This document shows positions 38,442-52,504 of a DNA stretch of 64,000 nucleotides, piece after piece (within the stretch, counting starts at the first letter, position 1; every line of letters begins with the position of its first letter). The DNA lies in the NCBI GenBank assembly GCA_024137785.1, contig JAHRHZ010000267.1:24512065-24576064 (forward strand), written 5' to 3'. A program made the position numbers and the translations under genes. The notes under the pieces were generated by a model. It worked only from the letters and a program-made list of their open reading frames with translations, was not told where the DNA came from and ran no database searches. Origin of the DNA: Ginglymostoma cirratum. Its lineage: Eukaryota.

Positions 38442-39224
38442 TGTTGTCCATATTTTGTACACTTCCACGAGTTTATGTATTAAAAACACTTTACCCGTGC
38501 ACTTTTGTTAGTAAGGCTGACAAAGGGACCCAGAATTCAGTTTGCAGTTCAACTCGATTTTATTGACAAAACTTTCCTTATTGGAAACATCACGTGAGCA
38601 TTTCCCAAATTCCCACAATTATTCTCTATCTAGCTCTGTCCATCTGAGAAAAGGTATTAACTGCAATAATCCACATTTTTGAGCTGGACCATTAGAATCT
38701 CCTTCCCTTCTGATGTAAGCCTGACTCTCTTCCACAAAGGTGGGTCTCTCAGGTCAGGATGGGTCATATCCTGAGTCTTCTTGGTTTTCTCCCACGAGTC
38801 TTGCTGTGAGTCTTCACTGAGGTGGTGGCTTCCAGGCGAATGATTTTATCCTTCATACCCCAGACCTTTCAGAATGTTTTATGGCTTTGGTCAATGGGAT
38901 CATGAGTGGGGTTCAAGTATCAAATGGGGTCGCACCAATACCTTTCACCGTTGCCACACCGATGAGGTATAGGGTGCATGTCCTCTGGCGCTAGCTGGAA
39001 GTCAAAGTGCCTGGAAGTCTGATCAATACCTCTCTCAGGCTGTTTGTAAATTGTTACCCCTGAATCTTCGTAACTTCTTTAATCTCGGTTTCCACTATTC
39101 TCTGAAGCCGAAAGCTGCTGGCTGCTGTATAATTTAGTTTGGCCAGTGTTTTGTTAGGCTTAACTTCTCTGGCTATGTGTCAGTTCAAAATGTCCAATTT
39201 TTGGCCCATGGTCACTTGACCGCA
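38442..39224. mobile_element. Probable solo LTR inserted in the Harbinger relic
   Basis: TG...CA ends with an imperfect terminal IR (tgttgtcca / ttgaccgca). Flanks AAAGT and AAAGA. Minus-strand AATAAA at ~38559. Confidence 0.45.
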
Positions 39225-39347
39225 AAAGAATCTGGTGGGGATATTGATGTACCACATGCTGATACTGAGGAAAAAGTGAGACCAGGCAGATTGGCTCATG
39301 AGAACCTGATTATGGCAAGATTTGAGAACAAGTGAGATCCCCTGGAA

Positions 39348-39399
39348 CCATAGAATCCCTATGGTATGGAAAGAGACCATTCAGCCCATCAAATCTGCA
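39348..39399 (-). mobile_element. HE1/HER1 3' tail fragment
   Basis: catagaatccctatggtatggaaagagaccattcagccc. Confidence 0.6.
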
Positions 39400-41402
39400 T
39401 GAGCTACAAAGTGTTTTGGCTCCTTTTCTATTTTAATTGTGAATGCTTACAGAATGGAGAGAGGCAGGGGCACTATGCTTTAAGTAGTACAATGTGAGTT
39501 GGTACAATGAAATAACACATAGATTGCATACAATGGAAGTAATGCAGATGCCTGGCACCCAAACTTGTGTGTGACAATCCTGAGCTGTGGCAAGCTCACA
39601 GTGCCAATTCAATTGTAAGATATGAGACACTGAGTAGACTATGGCATTAAATTTGGAGATGTGAAAGACATCATTCAGCCACTTTCCAGTGTCTTCTGAT
39701 GCTCCCAAAGACACTGACCTCTGCAGCCAAAACAGTCCTGGTTGTCTTGGTGACTCAGGTTGGCCTCTTGTTACCACCTCTCGGAAACAGTACATCCTTT
39801 CTCTCTCTGATGCCCAGCAGGATACCCTCTCAGGGGGTGCGGTTGAAATTTGGTGCTGACTTTTGGCAAGTCTCCAACATCTCCAGCAAGATGAGCAGAT
39901 GTGGACTCGTGGCCCTGGGTTGCAGAGGGTGGAAGTGCTGTCCATTTGCCTTTTAACTATGGTGGTCTGAAGTTTGAACCTAGAAGATCCCAGATGGGTT
40001 TCAGAACTTCCAATACAATTTGGCATTTTATTCTCACCTGAACATGTTATTAGCTCAAAAGAATGGGAGCATTCAGGCAAACCTGCCCCATTCCTGAGTG
40101 AAAATTCTTCCATGCTTTTTGGCTTGTTCCACACTTAGTTCCAGAAATGAAAAATCGGCCCAACTCTTCTGACTGTGAAGTTCCCACCCAATACTGTCCT
40201 GCATCTTCGCACTCACATCCTGCACTGAGTCTTCCAGACACTAGACCATTACGTTAGTCTCAGTTTTTAGATCCTGGTTCTCAAGCTCTTTTCCTCAGTA
40301 ATGTTGGCCTGCAGGGATCCAAAAGTTAGCATAGGCTAATTAAGGACAATCAGCAAGAACTTGCTTGAAAGACATAAAATGATTTGAACACAATGAAAGC
40401 AAGGGAGTGAAAGGGAGAGCAGAACTTGTAGTGGGCACATTCTTGCAGGGTTTCCACCCTATTTTGATCATGTTATAATTTCTTCTTAGTGCCAGAATGG
40501 GGGCTTCTTCAGCCCACTATTTCAACAGTGCTGTCGTAAAAATTAAACTTGTATGGTAGCTTCCTCACTGAACGCACACATTACATTGACTCCCATCCAA
40601 TATTTTGAAACAAATTGTATGGCTCAAAAATTTGAAAACATTTGTTAATTAGCCTTTGTTATCTGCTCTCCTGATTCTTCAATAGCCTAGAGTAATTCAC
40701 TTGTATTGACAATTGCTAATTCCACTTACTAATTCCACTTTTCCACTTACATCTAACGATTATTTCATATCCTGCTCCCACACATTTACAGTTTCTTGCC
40801 CAGCATTTTTTTGCACAATCTAATGTGAAGTATTTACTTAATGATTGCAACATACTATCATTTTCCACTACTGGAGTTCCCTCCTCACCATTGAATAATA
40901 CACTACTCTCTTAAAATGAATTTTTTACTTTAATAGATCTTTCTATTCATTACTATATTCTTAGTTATACCTTTCTCAGGTAACTTTCAATTTCAATCTT
41001 CCATTTCACCTCTTTATGGCACTTTCAAACTTTCACTTGAATTTCTTTACTTTTGTCATGTCCCTCTATTTCAACCTTCAGTTAGGTATTCAGCTCCATT
41101 TATTAACTGATATCCTTGTTTTGATAGATACCCATTTTGATTAAACAGAATGCAATTTACCTTATCTTAATACATCTACGATTTGAAGATTATCCATAAC
41201 TGATTCACTGTTCCGCGTCTTAGCTTCACTGCCCAGTTTGTTTAGGTCAGTTTCTTTCCAAACTCATAGACTTTGCATTTTCTATGTGAGCACTTTTATC
41301 TTAGTTCTTTTTTATGGTTTCACATTGAAGACAATCTATGTTGTGAGAACTACTTTCAAACTGCTACATCAGAATCAAATTACTTAAATCAAATGATACA
41401 GT

Positions 41403-41563
41403 CATCACACAGTATCCAGTGTAATTCCATCGCATAATACCCAGGAAAATCCCAACAACAGCACCCAGTGTGATCCCATCACACAGTACCTTGTGTGATC
41501 CCAGCGTGAAGTACCCAGTGAAAGTCAATCACCTAGTATCCAGTGTAATTTAACCACCCAGTA
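41403..41563. repeat. Minisatellite, ~25-bp unit x ~6.5
   Basis: Consensus CATCACACAGTACCCAGTGTGATCC; example units catcacacagtatccagtgtaattc and catcacacagtaccttgtgtgatcc. Confidence 0.8.
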
Positions 41564-44299
41564 ATATCCAATTACATGCCATTCAAAAGATTCCCCTCAT
41601 ACAGTTTAACAGCATGACAGCTTGTGTAGGGCATACATTCCGTGACTTTTGGTGCATTCAAAGTATATATAATGAAAGTAAACACAATTTCAATTATTTG
41701 GAAATGTCACAATCTGGAGCTCTTCAAGGGACACTGCCTTTCCAAGAGAATTCAATTTAAATGTATTTCATTAAATGATAAATAATATTTTACATATTTA
41801 TGAATGCAAGTTTTTTGGCTTTTTTAACATCTATACTGCTTCAAATTGAGATACCCAGGTGTAAAGGCATTTTCTCAATAAATGGCGAATAACTACGATG
41901 AAATTTCCAATTCATCATCTTTAAACTAAGGTGTACCATTATATATAAAGAATGGGGTGTCTGTTCAAAGTATAGACCCTTGACATTCTGAGAAAACAGT
42001 AATAAATATATTTGTTTCCCATCATTAAAAGCTGGGAGGCATATGCCATGCAAGTCAGGCAGGTAACCCTTAATGAGTCAATGTAAGTTTGCTATGTGGA
42101 GGAATTTCTCATCCCAGAATTTTCTAATTCATGGAGGCCACCACTTTTGTCTTTCCCTGCTGCTTCCTGACTTGAATTAAACAAGGCTTTGAGCAGTGCG
42201 GAACTGCTCCAGTGACTGTTCTGGTCCACCACATAATGGATTGGCTTGTAAGGGGATCTGGAGACAACCAATCTTAGTAAGACAATGCATGTACCACTCA
42301 GCAGCATTGATTAAGCAGACCTGGATCAATTTCCAATTCAGTCATTCCTGCAGTGAATGGTGTTGTTTGGAGATGAGCACCGCCTCCCCCGTAACATGTA
42401 TCATGAAACAGCAGATGAGAAAAAGAGAACATAGAGAGCTGGCTTTTACACCACCCCCACTCATCCCTTCAATGGGCATGTTCTCATATCAGCAGGCAGG
42501 CAGGTTAAATACGAGGGGAGTCCAGTTCACCACCTTTACACCTACCCCCAGGGCTGTGTCACAAAACCAGAAGCCTGCCCACCACTTTTAAATGAATAAT
42601 TATCTGTCAATTGAGATTGTTACCAATCAATTGACCACAGTATTATAGCCCACATACACTGACAATGTACGTCCTTCTAGAAAAGTATAAGAACATATCT
42701 GGACAGGGTGAATTAAAATATCTACCACCCAATGTCTAATATGGTAGGCAGGAGTAAATGAATAACAATAGAAACATCAATTTACAGAAAAATGGAAAGG
42801 AAGTGGGAAAACGTCATTCAGGGAGTGCCTTAAGTGTTTCAGGGACTGCTCCCCAGGCTATGTTGACTTCGTACACAAAAAGGCCTTACCTACCTGGCTC
42901 CAACATCCATCTTTCCTTTTTTATGATCCTGCTTGTAGTCACTGTAGTTCTGATGTTTCTGGGATTGCTGGAGCTGCTGGTCACTCTCTTCTCATTTTGC
43001 TGCTAGAGCCACATGATAGTTATGGTATTGGCTTTTTCCAGGTGCTTCAGCTACTGTCCAACTTTGTTCCCCGGGAGGGGTTTGTTGGATAGGCCCAATT
43101 TTAAAAACTTCTTAAGTCAGGGTTAAAGAGATATACCACTTTCAAGGCTGTTGTGTCTCTGGGCTTCCCTTTGCAACAAGACTCATCAATGTCATGATCA
43201 TTTCAATGTTCTTTCATCAGAATTTTGATTTGTTTTGAATATAAGCTCTAAATATATAGAAATGGAAGGATTATCTTTGGACACTTGGAAGGATAAATTG
43301 ACTGTCATCAATTTGAAATAGTTTTAAGACGATTTCCAGGAGACATTAAACTTTTTAATTCCAAAATTTAGAGTGTTTACAGAGAAATAAGACTTCAGAG
43401 ACCTTCCTGGCTATCATTGACAATTTAACACAGGGTTTTATGAAAATTGTATAATTATTATTTATTTGTAAATTTATAGAAAAACAACAGAAATCATTTC
43501 ATAAAATCTAGTGTCCGCAAAATACTGCCTCTCTCACTTTTAATGTTGTGAAGGTGTTTTACTCTCATTCAGTGCAGGTCATTTTGGAGGACATGCTATT
43601 ACATGAGATCTTTATATTTTTAATAAGTGCTATTTTCATTGCATTATCTTAAGTCATAAGCTAAAATCTTCTCCAATTTTAGATACTGGGGTGCATGGAT
43701 TTACAGAAAAGATAGGATTTATGTTTGCCTGTAGAGTGTTTGCCACCAATGGATAGACTATTGTTGTGGCTATGGCCAAATGTAGGGTTGAAACCATTGA
43801 AGCTGATGGATCTTCTTATCTAATTCTCCTTTCCACATCCCACTTCATGTGATGGGTCTTTCTACAATCACTTCAAAGTTACAAGCTGTAGATGTTGTGA
43901 GATTGCTCCTCTTAATTCAGCACTTCGTTATCCTCTCACTATAACTCTATCATTGTGCTATTCTTTTTTCAGATACAGAAGATCAGCAACATCCTCAGGC
44001 ATGAGTGGAAGAATAGAAAGACAGTGATGAAGAAGACAAGTTAACACAACAGTCATCGGCTCAAATTGTAACATAGTTCTTAATTTAGAAAACACACAGT
44101 TTAGGCACTAAGCAAATGCACATGCACAATTAGTTTGCATGTGATGTGGCATGGTTTGTTTAGTAAATCTAGTTTGGAACATTTTATTTTGTATTGTGGC
44201 CAATTGGGGTAGTAACAGATGATTCGATGGGTGTGGGGCTGTTGGCTATTGGGTGAGTTGGAGTTACAAGCATTCGTACCACAGTCAGCTGAGTTGTTC

Positions 44300-45240
44300 A
44301 TGACAGCCTGGCCAGAAAGGGGATATGTTAGTTGCTGCCTTCCTTCCTCCTCCTGCTCTCCTTCCTCCTGATCCTCCTCCATCACTTTCCTTTCTGCCTC
44401 CTCCTGCTCTTCAGTAGGTAGCTATACAGCTGGAGGCAAGGGCTCTGCCTCATGGTGTTGAGGTTTTACAACATACAGCAGAGCATAAATCATTTCAACG
44501 TCTGCTCTGCCTAGTGATCAAAGCAATTGAAGCTTAATCAAAGCTTGCCAGTGATGTGCTCTATCACATTACCGATGGCAACATGGCTTTTGCAGTAAGC
44601 CTAGTGCCACTGTGGATATGTTGCATTCAAGAATAATGAGTCACATCACCCAAGGATAGTCCTGTCTTCCTGGAGCCACCCTCTAGTTTTATGTGGTGAC
44701 CTAAATGCAAATGACACCACAGACTGATACAGTAGGAAGTCATCACAGCTACTGATGACATGCAGACATTGGCTTGCATGATATGCTGTGTCACACGTCA
44801 GCTGGATGATGAGGAAGTGGAATCTGTTTCAGTATTGACACCTTAGGAATGGACAATTGCCACTTAGAACACAACACGCATAAAATCAATAGCGCTCTGC
44901 AACATAGTGGAAGCCTACAGTCCTTAGAAAACTGTGAGCTTGTTCAGTCCACTTCTCTCTGGCAATAGAACATAAAATATATTCCATTCTCTTGGAATAA
45001 TGAGCCTGAATTACTTTAAACATGCACCAGTGAATGACAAACTAGGATATTTGTGAATATTGCTAGTCCCAGCTTAGAAGGAGCCCAAAGAATAAAATTA
45101 TCTTCCCCATGATACCTACACAGCCACTGCAGTCATTCTTGCCCTGCTGTCTTCCTTATTAAAGCACAAACGCTTCATATAGCATTTTTCACTGAGGTCA
45201 GGTAGGTGAATTGAGTGGATATGGCCCCCTGCTGGTATCT
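44300..45240 (-). pseudogene. Second PIF/Harbinger transposase relic
   Basis: Minus strand gives FHFLIIQLTCD, SHVAIGNVIEHITG...FNCFDH, FMLCCML*NL...AEPLP and an acidic C-terminal tail (EEDQEEGEQEEE). Confidence 0.75.
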
Positions 45241-45267
45241 CTTCTCCCTCTTTTTTATTGTTTCTTC

Positions 45268-46050
45268 ACACAATCACAGTATCACAAAATTGTAACAATG
45301 TAGAGGGAGGCTGTTTGGCCCTTTGTGTCTGCACCTGCTCTTTCAGCATTTTGACTTAATGCCAATCTTCTGCCTTTTTCCTGTAACCCTGCATAAAGTT
45401 TCTATTTAAATAATTGTTCAATGCACTCTTTAATCCCTTCACGGCATTTCCAGGCAGGACATTCCAGATCCTAACTATTCACAGTGCGAAAATGTTCTCA
45501 CCTTGCATTTGCTTGTTTTGCAAAACACTTTAAAACTACCCTCTTTGGCTCTTGATACATTTACTAGCGGTGCTCAGACCTCTCATTATTTTGAAAACTT
45601 CTATCCAATCACTTCTTAGCTTTCTTCTCTCCAAGGGCAACACATCTAACTTCTTCAAACTTTCCTCCTGATTGAAGTGCGTCATTTCTGAAACCATTAT
45701 CATGAACCTCTTCTGCATTATCTCCAATGCATTCACAAACTTCCTATAGTGTGACACACAGAACTGTACAAAATACACACCTAAGGTAATAACCAGTGTG
45801 TCACATAAATTCATCATAATTTCCCTGGTCTTGTACCGATGCCCCTAATTATGAAGCCTAGAGTATTGTATGCTTTGTTAGCAGTACTTTCTAGGTGCTG
45901 TGCCACCTTTACTAATTTATGTACATGTCCTACACATTCTTTAGAATTGTACCCTTTGCTTTATACTGTGTCTCCACATTCCTTGTACCAATCTGCATCA
46001 CCTCACGATTCTTTGAATTGAACTTCATCTGCCAGTTTTTCATCCATTCC
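45268..46050 (-). mobile_element. CR1 LINE 3' portion
   Basis: Minus ORF YFVQFCVSHYRKFVNALEIMQKRFM...LERRKLRSDWIEVFKIMRGL; reverse-complement tail at 45268-45340. Confidence 0.85.
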
Positions 46051-47804
46051 ACTGATGGTGGCAATGCCCTTTCAAAATTCTAATCATACAAGGTCAAATT
46101 CTATTTCCATCAGCATCTCTATCTTGTTGTCACCTTTGTTCATTTTGCCTCTCAATCTGCAATCCACAAGGAATGCCTACTTTAGTGACTGTATTTGGAG
46201 GGTGATTTGTGGAGAATTCTGGAAGTTAATAAAATCTTCAACTTGTTCTACGTTAAAGATCTCTAGAAATCACCAAAAAGTTGTACAATCAAACAATAGC
46301 AGGCAGAAATCAATCAGCAATCAAACTAGAAGAACTATACGTTACACTAGTAGCTGGTGCTTTCTGCTGCTGAATGTGAGTTTTAAGACATGGCATTAAC
46401 TGGAGCATGGGGCTCAAAAATTGCTGCCATCAATTCTGTATTACATTTGGACTGACATCACAAGCTGCCTACTCTTCATACTTTTGGCGGATGTTCCCTG
46501 CAAGACTAAAATGGCCTATAGAACAGTTTACACCAGATGAATGCGGCTCTCCTAATAATGGAAAATCAGGCACGGAGGAGTCAAATTTTGCAACGAGCTG
46601 CTTATTTTTTTTAACCAGTGTCTTTGTCTCCTACATGCAGGTTGTCCATAATCATTTTATCTGCAGATTAAAAGGCCTCCATCATTATGCCAGTTCTCCC
46701 TTGTGTATATAAGTCTCACTGTTTCTAGAAGGCTCTGCTGCTCATGTGTCTCCCTTTTATCCTCTGGATACTGCTGTAATTAATTAATGCATAGAGCATT
46801 CTTGCGACTTATGACTATTTGAATATACAAGTTATTTTTATTTTGAAAATTGCACCTCCTAACTTTGCCTACTTGTGTATTCAGAACATTATAAGCATCT
46901 AATGTATGCAAACAAAGGTTTGCTACATACATTTGACTGTATAACAACACCAGAAGAGATCATTTGTATTGGTTGATGATGAACAATGTTTCAGAAGGGA
47001 CTAAACATTTATTTTATATTGCAAATTCTGCTTTTTTTTAGAAGGCAAAACCTATTCATTTAAGTCTCTGACCAGTAATAAAGTCTGGGTAAATTGTAAC
47101 TTACAATATTCATCAAAAAGAGATCTACTGCATCAGAAAAAGGCAAATAAGTTAAATTTCATGTAGTCCATCCCTAATAATTCCCTAAAATTGTATTTTA
47201 AATTCATAGTTGTAAGGATTTACAACTGTGTTAAAACCATACTTAAGAATACAAAGTGACGGTAATACAACCAAAATGGCCCTTCACACCCTAATTGTGT
47301 CTCCCAATCAGAAATAAAGGGGCTTTTACATTCAGTACAGTTAAACATGCATTTCAAGGGCTTTTACAAGGGCATATTTCAATAAAACCCTGATCCTTAT
47401 AAATGGAATCTCTCAATTCCTTATTGCTTGTGGACCATACATTCTAGGAAGATTAAAAAAAACTTGATCTTTGCTGTTTATTATTTTATATAAACTCCAT
47501 CACGGTGGAAGTTAAGAAAGTGCAGTCAGTTTCCACTAGGCCAGATTTTCAATGCAGGATGACTGGGATCCTGAAACTGGATGAATTTTGGGTCCTGACA
47601 CTATGCCTGAGCGGTCTCACTATTGAGACATGTTTATAAAATATAAGTCATCTAATAGGCCAGGTGGCAAGCTTGGCACCAAATAGGTGGGTGTTTCTGC
47701 CTGTTCAGCTCCAGCAACAAAGGCAATTGGCTGCTGATGCCTTTGCCAACTAGCTCCAGCAGTTCCTCAGAAATGGAAGAAGGGGGCAGCAACTTTGCAT
47801 GGCA

Positions 47805-48400
47805 TCATTTGTCATGGGATGTGAGCGTCTCTGGTTAGTCAAACCTTTATAGTTCATCACTAATTGCCCTGGAGAAGATGGTGGTGAGCTGTCTTCTTGA
47901 ACCGCTTTGGGGTATATAGACACCTACAGTGTTGTTAAGAAGAAAGTTGCAGGTCCTTGACCCGATGACGATGAAGGAACGGTGATATAGTTCCAAATCA
48001 AGATAGTGTGTATCTTGGATGGGTTTTGGTGAGTGGTGATGCTCTCATGTATTTGCTATACTTATCCTAGATGGTAGATGTTGTGAATTTGAAAGTGCTG
48101 TCGAAGACACTGTATGAGTTGTTACAGTGCATTTGGTAAATGGTACACAGTGCTGCCACTGTGCATCTCTTCTGGAGGTAGTGAATATTTAAGGTGGTGA
48201 ACGGAGTGGAAATCAAACAGATTGCTTTGTCTTGGATTGTGTTAAGCTTCATGACTATTGCTGGAGCTGCACTCATCCAGGTAAGTAGTCAGTACACCAT
48301 CAGACTCCTGACTTGTGCCTTTGTACATTGTGGGCAGGCTTTGTGGAGTCAGGAAGTGAGTTACTTGCTGCAGGATTCCTAGCCTCTGACCTCTCTTGTT
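47805..48400 (-). mobile_element. CR1/L2-group LINE (second family) 3' portion
   Basis: Minus ORF MSAAPAIVMKLNTIQDKAICLISTPFTTLNIHYL...VAALCTIYQMHC; homologous to 10812-11945. Confidence 0.85.
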
Positions 48401-48483
48401 AATACTACTTTTTATGATTGTAATTAAAATTTATGACAATAGCTCCAGTTTTGTGACACTTTAGTTATTTGGGATTGATTGAT

Positions 48484-48872
48484 GGATCTGGGTTTGTTCT
48501 CCTTAGAGAAGATAATGTTAAAAGAATATTTGACAGAATTATTCAAAATCATGAGATCTATACAGAGTAGATAGCTGATAAAACTGTTCCCATTGGCAAA
48601 CAGTCAAGAACCAGGGGACATTGACTTAAAATTGTTGTCAAAAAGAGCTAATGACAACCTGAGAGAAAAAAATGTTTCTTTCCAAGGAGTGGTTTTGGAT
48701 CTTGAATGCACTGAGAGTGCTCTGCATCCAGATTTAATCATGGATTTCAAGGAGAATTGAAGAATTAAATGAAGACAAAACAATAGCATGGCTACAAAGA
48801 AAGGGCAAGAGAGTGGGTCTAGCTGATTTGGTCTTTCATGGAGCTCAGACAGAACAACAGCCTTACTGTTCA
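48484..48872 (+). mobile_element. CR1 3' fragment
   Basis: ctgggtttgttctccttagag (LGLFSLE)...ttcaaaatcatg (FKIM)...actgttcccattggc. Confidence 0.7.
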
Positions 48873-50923
48873 ATGATGGTGTTTATAGTCCACATGACTT
48901 TTGTGCATCTAACCCTATCAGTGTGTCCTCATATGTTTTTCTCCCTTATGAACCTATAGCTTCCTCTTAAATGCATCTAGCAATTTACCTCAACTACTCT
49001 TTGTGGCAATAGGTTTCATACTGTAACCACTTTCTGAATAAAGAAGTTTATCTTAAATTTCTTTCTTTTAGTCGTGGCCATCTTATTTCTTATACATATG
49101 ACTTCTATTCTGGTATCTCCAACAATGTTTATCATAAAAATATTTATTCTTCCTTCCCAATTTTCTCTACTTCTACCAAGTTACCAATTCTTTTTGATGA
49201 GCGTGGGTATATGATAAAGAACGTACTTCAAATGAATTTAAAATTTCAAATTGTAATTGAGTGGGGTATGGCAGGGTGAAGGAAAGAAATGTTAAAACAA
49301 AAATCTTACTCAAAAGGTTAAACCATTAGCAGGATAAAATTTTTCTTCCCTCCCCAAAAACGACTTCAGGTGTTTGGCTGGCAAAATATGTTGGCTGGCA
49401 GCTCAGTGGTCCCAGTGGGAGCTACAATCTATTTTGAGGGTCAAGCCTCATTAGCATTAGGACACTGGGTTGCGGCCAATAATCGAATGCCCCAGGGCAG
49501 CTAATTACCAGGGGATGAGTGTCCCTGTCGAAAAATGTAACATGTAAGGCACACCATTGATCTGCGTGTGGAAAAAGCAGCATCACACTAACTATGAAAA
49601 GTGTACCAGTTATTCTGTCACATGAGTACCAGGTGTGAAAACGGTGATATTGCATTGATTTTGGATTTTTATCAGGTTAACTACATCCACGTTTGAACAT
49701 ATATTAAGATAAAAATACCTTTATGACAAGAGATTATTCATAAGATCCTGGAGTTTTTAATCTCAAATAAAAATGCAACCAATAGGATAACATTGTGAAC
49801 GCATTTCCTAAAAAGATCATTAGTGCTCAATGTCAGGATGCAGGAGGCCCATTAAGGTTTGCAATAAACATCCAGGGGCTTTATTTTATGTCCAAATAAT
49901 TAAATAATAAAGAACATTCTTAAGGCTTGTGTTAATGTCCATTGATCTGCCATGAATGCATTAACAGTGCCTCTAGGCTGTCCAAGACATCAATATTCTT
50001 TTATTTGTTAGCCATTCTGTTACATACTTCTCCACACTAGCACTTTTCAGGGTAACACCTCTTTCAAGGAGACTGTTCTTAAAGGGGAATGTTGAAAATT
50101 CCCTCAGAGCTGCTCCTGCATTCCTGTTGTAACATCACTGAGATGCAAAACTGAAAGCAGCTCTGAGAAAATCCTCACTAAGGAACTTAAACGTCTGAAA
50201 CGAAGATGGGTTGATTGTCAAATAAAGGTCACCCACTGAAAGTTACCACATGTGATGAAGTAGAGATTGATTTAAGCCTCAAATATGCCTCACATAATTC
50301 AAATTGTAAAAATAACAAGGGAAAGAAGACACTGGTGGAGAAGTCTATAGGCCTCCCAACAGTAACTATACTGTAGTAGACAGAATAAGTCAGAAGATAA
50401 TGAAGGAATATTAAAAAAAGGCAGTACATTAATCATAGATGACTTTAATCATCATACAGATTGGTAAAAGCAAACTGACAGAGGTAGCCATGAGGGGGAA
50501 TTCAAAGAATGTATTTGGGAAAGCTTAGTTGAATGAAATGTTGCGAATGCAACCAGAGATCAGGCTGTTTTAGATTTGATAATGTGGAATGAGGCAGATT
50601 TAATAAATTATTCCAGAGTAAAAGATTCCCTAGAAAATAACGACCATAATATGTTAGAATTTAGTATTCTTAATGGAAGTGAGAAACTTGGGTCAGGAAC
50701 AACTGTGCAAAATGTAAATAAGGATAATTACAGAGTTATCTGGAGTGGACAGGGAAAGGAGTTTAGCAGAAAAGACAGATTAGGAACAATGACTGATGCT
50801 TACAAAATAGTTCATGATTCATAACAAAGTTATAGCCCTGTGAGAAAGAAGGGTTTGAGGAAGGAGATAAGCTAACTATGGTTAACCAAGGAAGATAAGG
50901 ATAGCGTTAAATTGAAAGAAAAA

Positions 50924-51552
50924 TGGTGTATAGGAAGACATATGGCACACTTACCGTCATCAGTCAGGGCATAGAGCATAAAAATTGGAAAGTCACTTTG
51001 CAGCTCTGTAGAACTTTCGTTAAGCCACATTTGGAATATTGCATACAGTTCTGATTGCCACACTACCAAAAGAATGTGGAGACTTTGGAAAGGGTTCTGA
51101 AAAGATTTACCTGGATATTATCTGATTTGGTGGATATTAGCTCTGAAAAGATATTGGACAAACGTGGTCTGTTTTCACTTGAATGGCAGAGGCTAAGGGG
51201 CAACCTAAAAGAAGTTTACAAACTTATGAGAGGCATGGATATCAGAGTCTTTATCCCAGGGTAGAAGTGTCAATTACAAGGGAACGCAGACTTAAGGTTA
51301 GAGGGAAAGTTTAAAGGAGATTTGAGAAGCAAGATTTGTACACAGAGGGTGGTAAGTGCCTGGAATGTACTGCGAGAGGACATGGAAGAAGTTATAACAG
51401 CAATGTTTAAGAGACATCTTGACAGATACATGAATAGGCAGGAAATAGAGGGATATGAACCATGTAGAGGCAAAAGGTTTTTAGTTTAGAAAGGTGTCAT
51501 GTGTTGGCATAGGTTTGGTGGAGCAAAGGTCCTGTTCCTGTGCTGTGCTTTT
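50924..51552 (+). mobile_element. CR1 3' portion nested in the longer CR1
   Basis: PHYQKNVETLERVLKRFT...RGLFSLEWQRLRGNLKEVYKLMRG with its own tail cctgttcctgtgctgtgc. The host rejoins as ...aaattgaaagaaaaa|acatacaatgtg. Confidence 0.85.
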
Positions 51553-52454
51553 AAAAAACATACAATGTGACAAACATTAGTGATGAGTCAAAGGATTGGA
51601 ACAGTTTTAAAAGCCACCAATGAATGACCATAAAAAGATAAAGTGGGAGAAAATAAATTCTGAGGATAAACTAACAAAGCACCATCAAGGTGGTCAACAA
51701 GAGCTTATTTAAATACATACAAAGGAAGAAACAGGTCAAAGTGACCATAAATTTCGTACACAATGAAGCAGGTGAAATAATAATGGGGAACAATAAATGG
51801 CAGGGGAGTTGAATAAATAATTTGCATCAGTATTCATGGTAAAAAACATTAATAAAAGACTAACCAATCAAGGGGCAAAAGTGGGGAGAAAATAAATGCA
51901 ATAATTATCGCTAAAGAAAAGGTACTAGGGAAACTAGTGGAGCTAAGGACCTATACAATCATTGGACTTGATGGGTTGTATCCTAGGATTTTAAGAACAG
52001 AAATAACGAATGCACTGGCAGTAATCTTCTAAGCATCCTTCTGGAAAAGTCCCAGAAGAATGGAAAACTGCCAATATAAAACCCATATTCAAAAAAGGAA
52101 GGAGAGGAAAAAAGGCAACTGTAGGTCAGTTATCTTAACATCTGTTATTGGGAAATTGTTACACTTCATTATAAATGATGTAATAGGAAAGCATTTAAAA
52201 ATACAGAATATTATCAGGCAATTTCAGTATGGCTGCATGAAACGGAAAACATGTTTGACAAATTTGCAAGAAATCTTTGAGGAGGTACTATGTCAGATAG
52301 ATAAAAAGGAACTAGTAGATGTAATATATTTGAGTTTTCAGAAGGGTTTGATAAGGTTACATGTTAGGCTACGTAACAAGATAAGAGCCCATGGTGTTGA
52401 GAATGGTATATTCGCATGGATGAATGGTGGTGCCACAACGTACAATTATTTACT

Positions 52455-52504
52455 ATATATTATATATATGTATGTATATATATATATATTTTATATATAT
52501 ATAT
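52455..52504. repeat. (TA)n-like microsatellite within the CR1 RT
   Basis: tatatattatatatatgtatgtatatatatatatattttatatatatatat. Confidence 0.9.

Noticed and set aside
39433-40134. Longest ORF in the window (233 aa)
   Set aside because: No recognisable domain, non-ATG start, and it lies in probable Harbinger-derived sequence.
40600-41370. Possible very old minus-strand CR1
   Set aside because: Similarity is too faint to support boundaries.
41403-41563. CRISPR-like palindromic repeats
   Set aside because: Contiguous degenerate units with no unique spacers, no cas genes and a vertebrate context.
44101-44420. Acidic low-complexity ORF as a host exon
   Set aside because: It is the Glu-rich C-terminal tail of the decayed Harbinger transposase.
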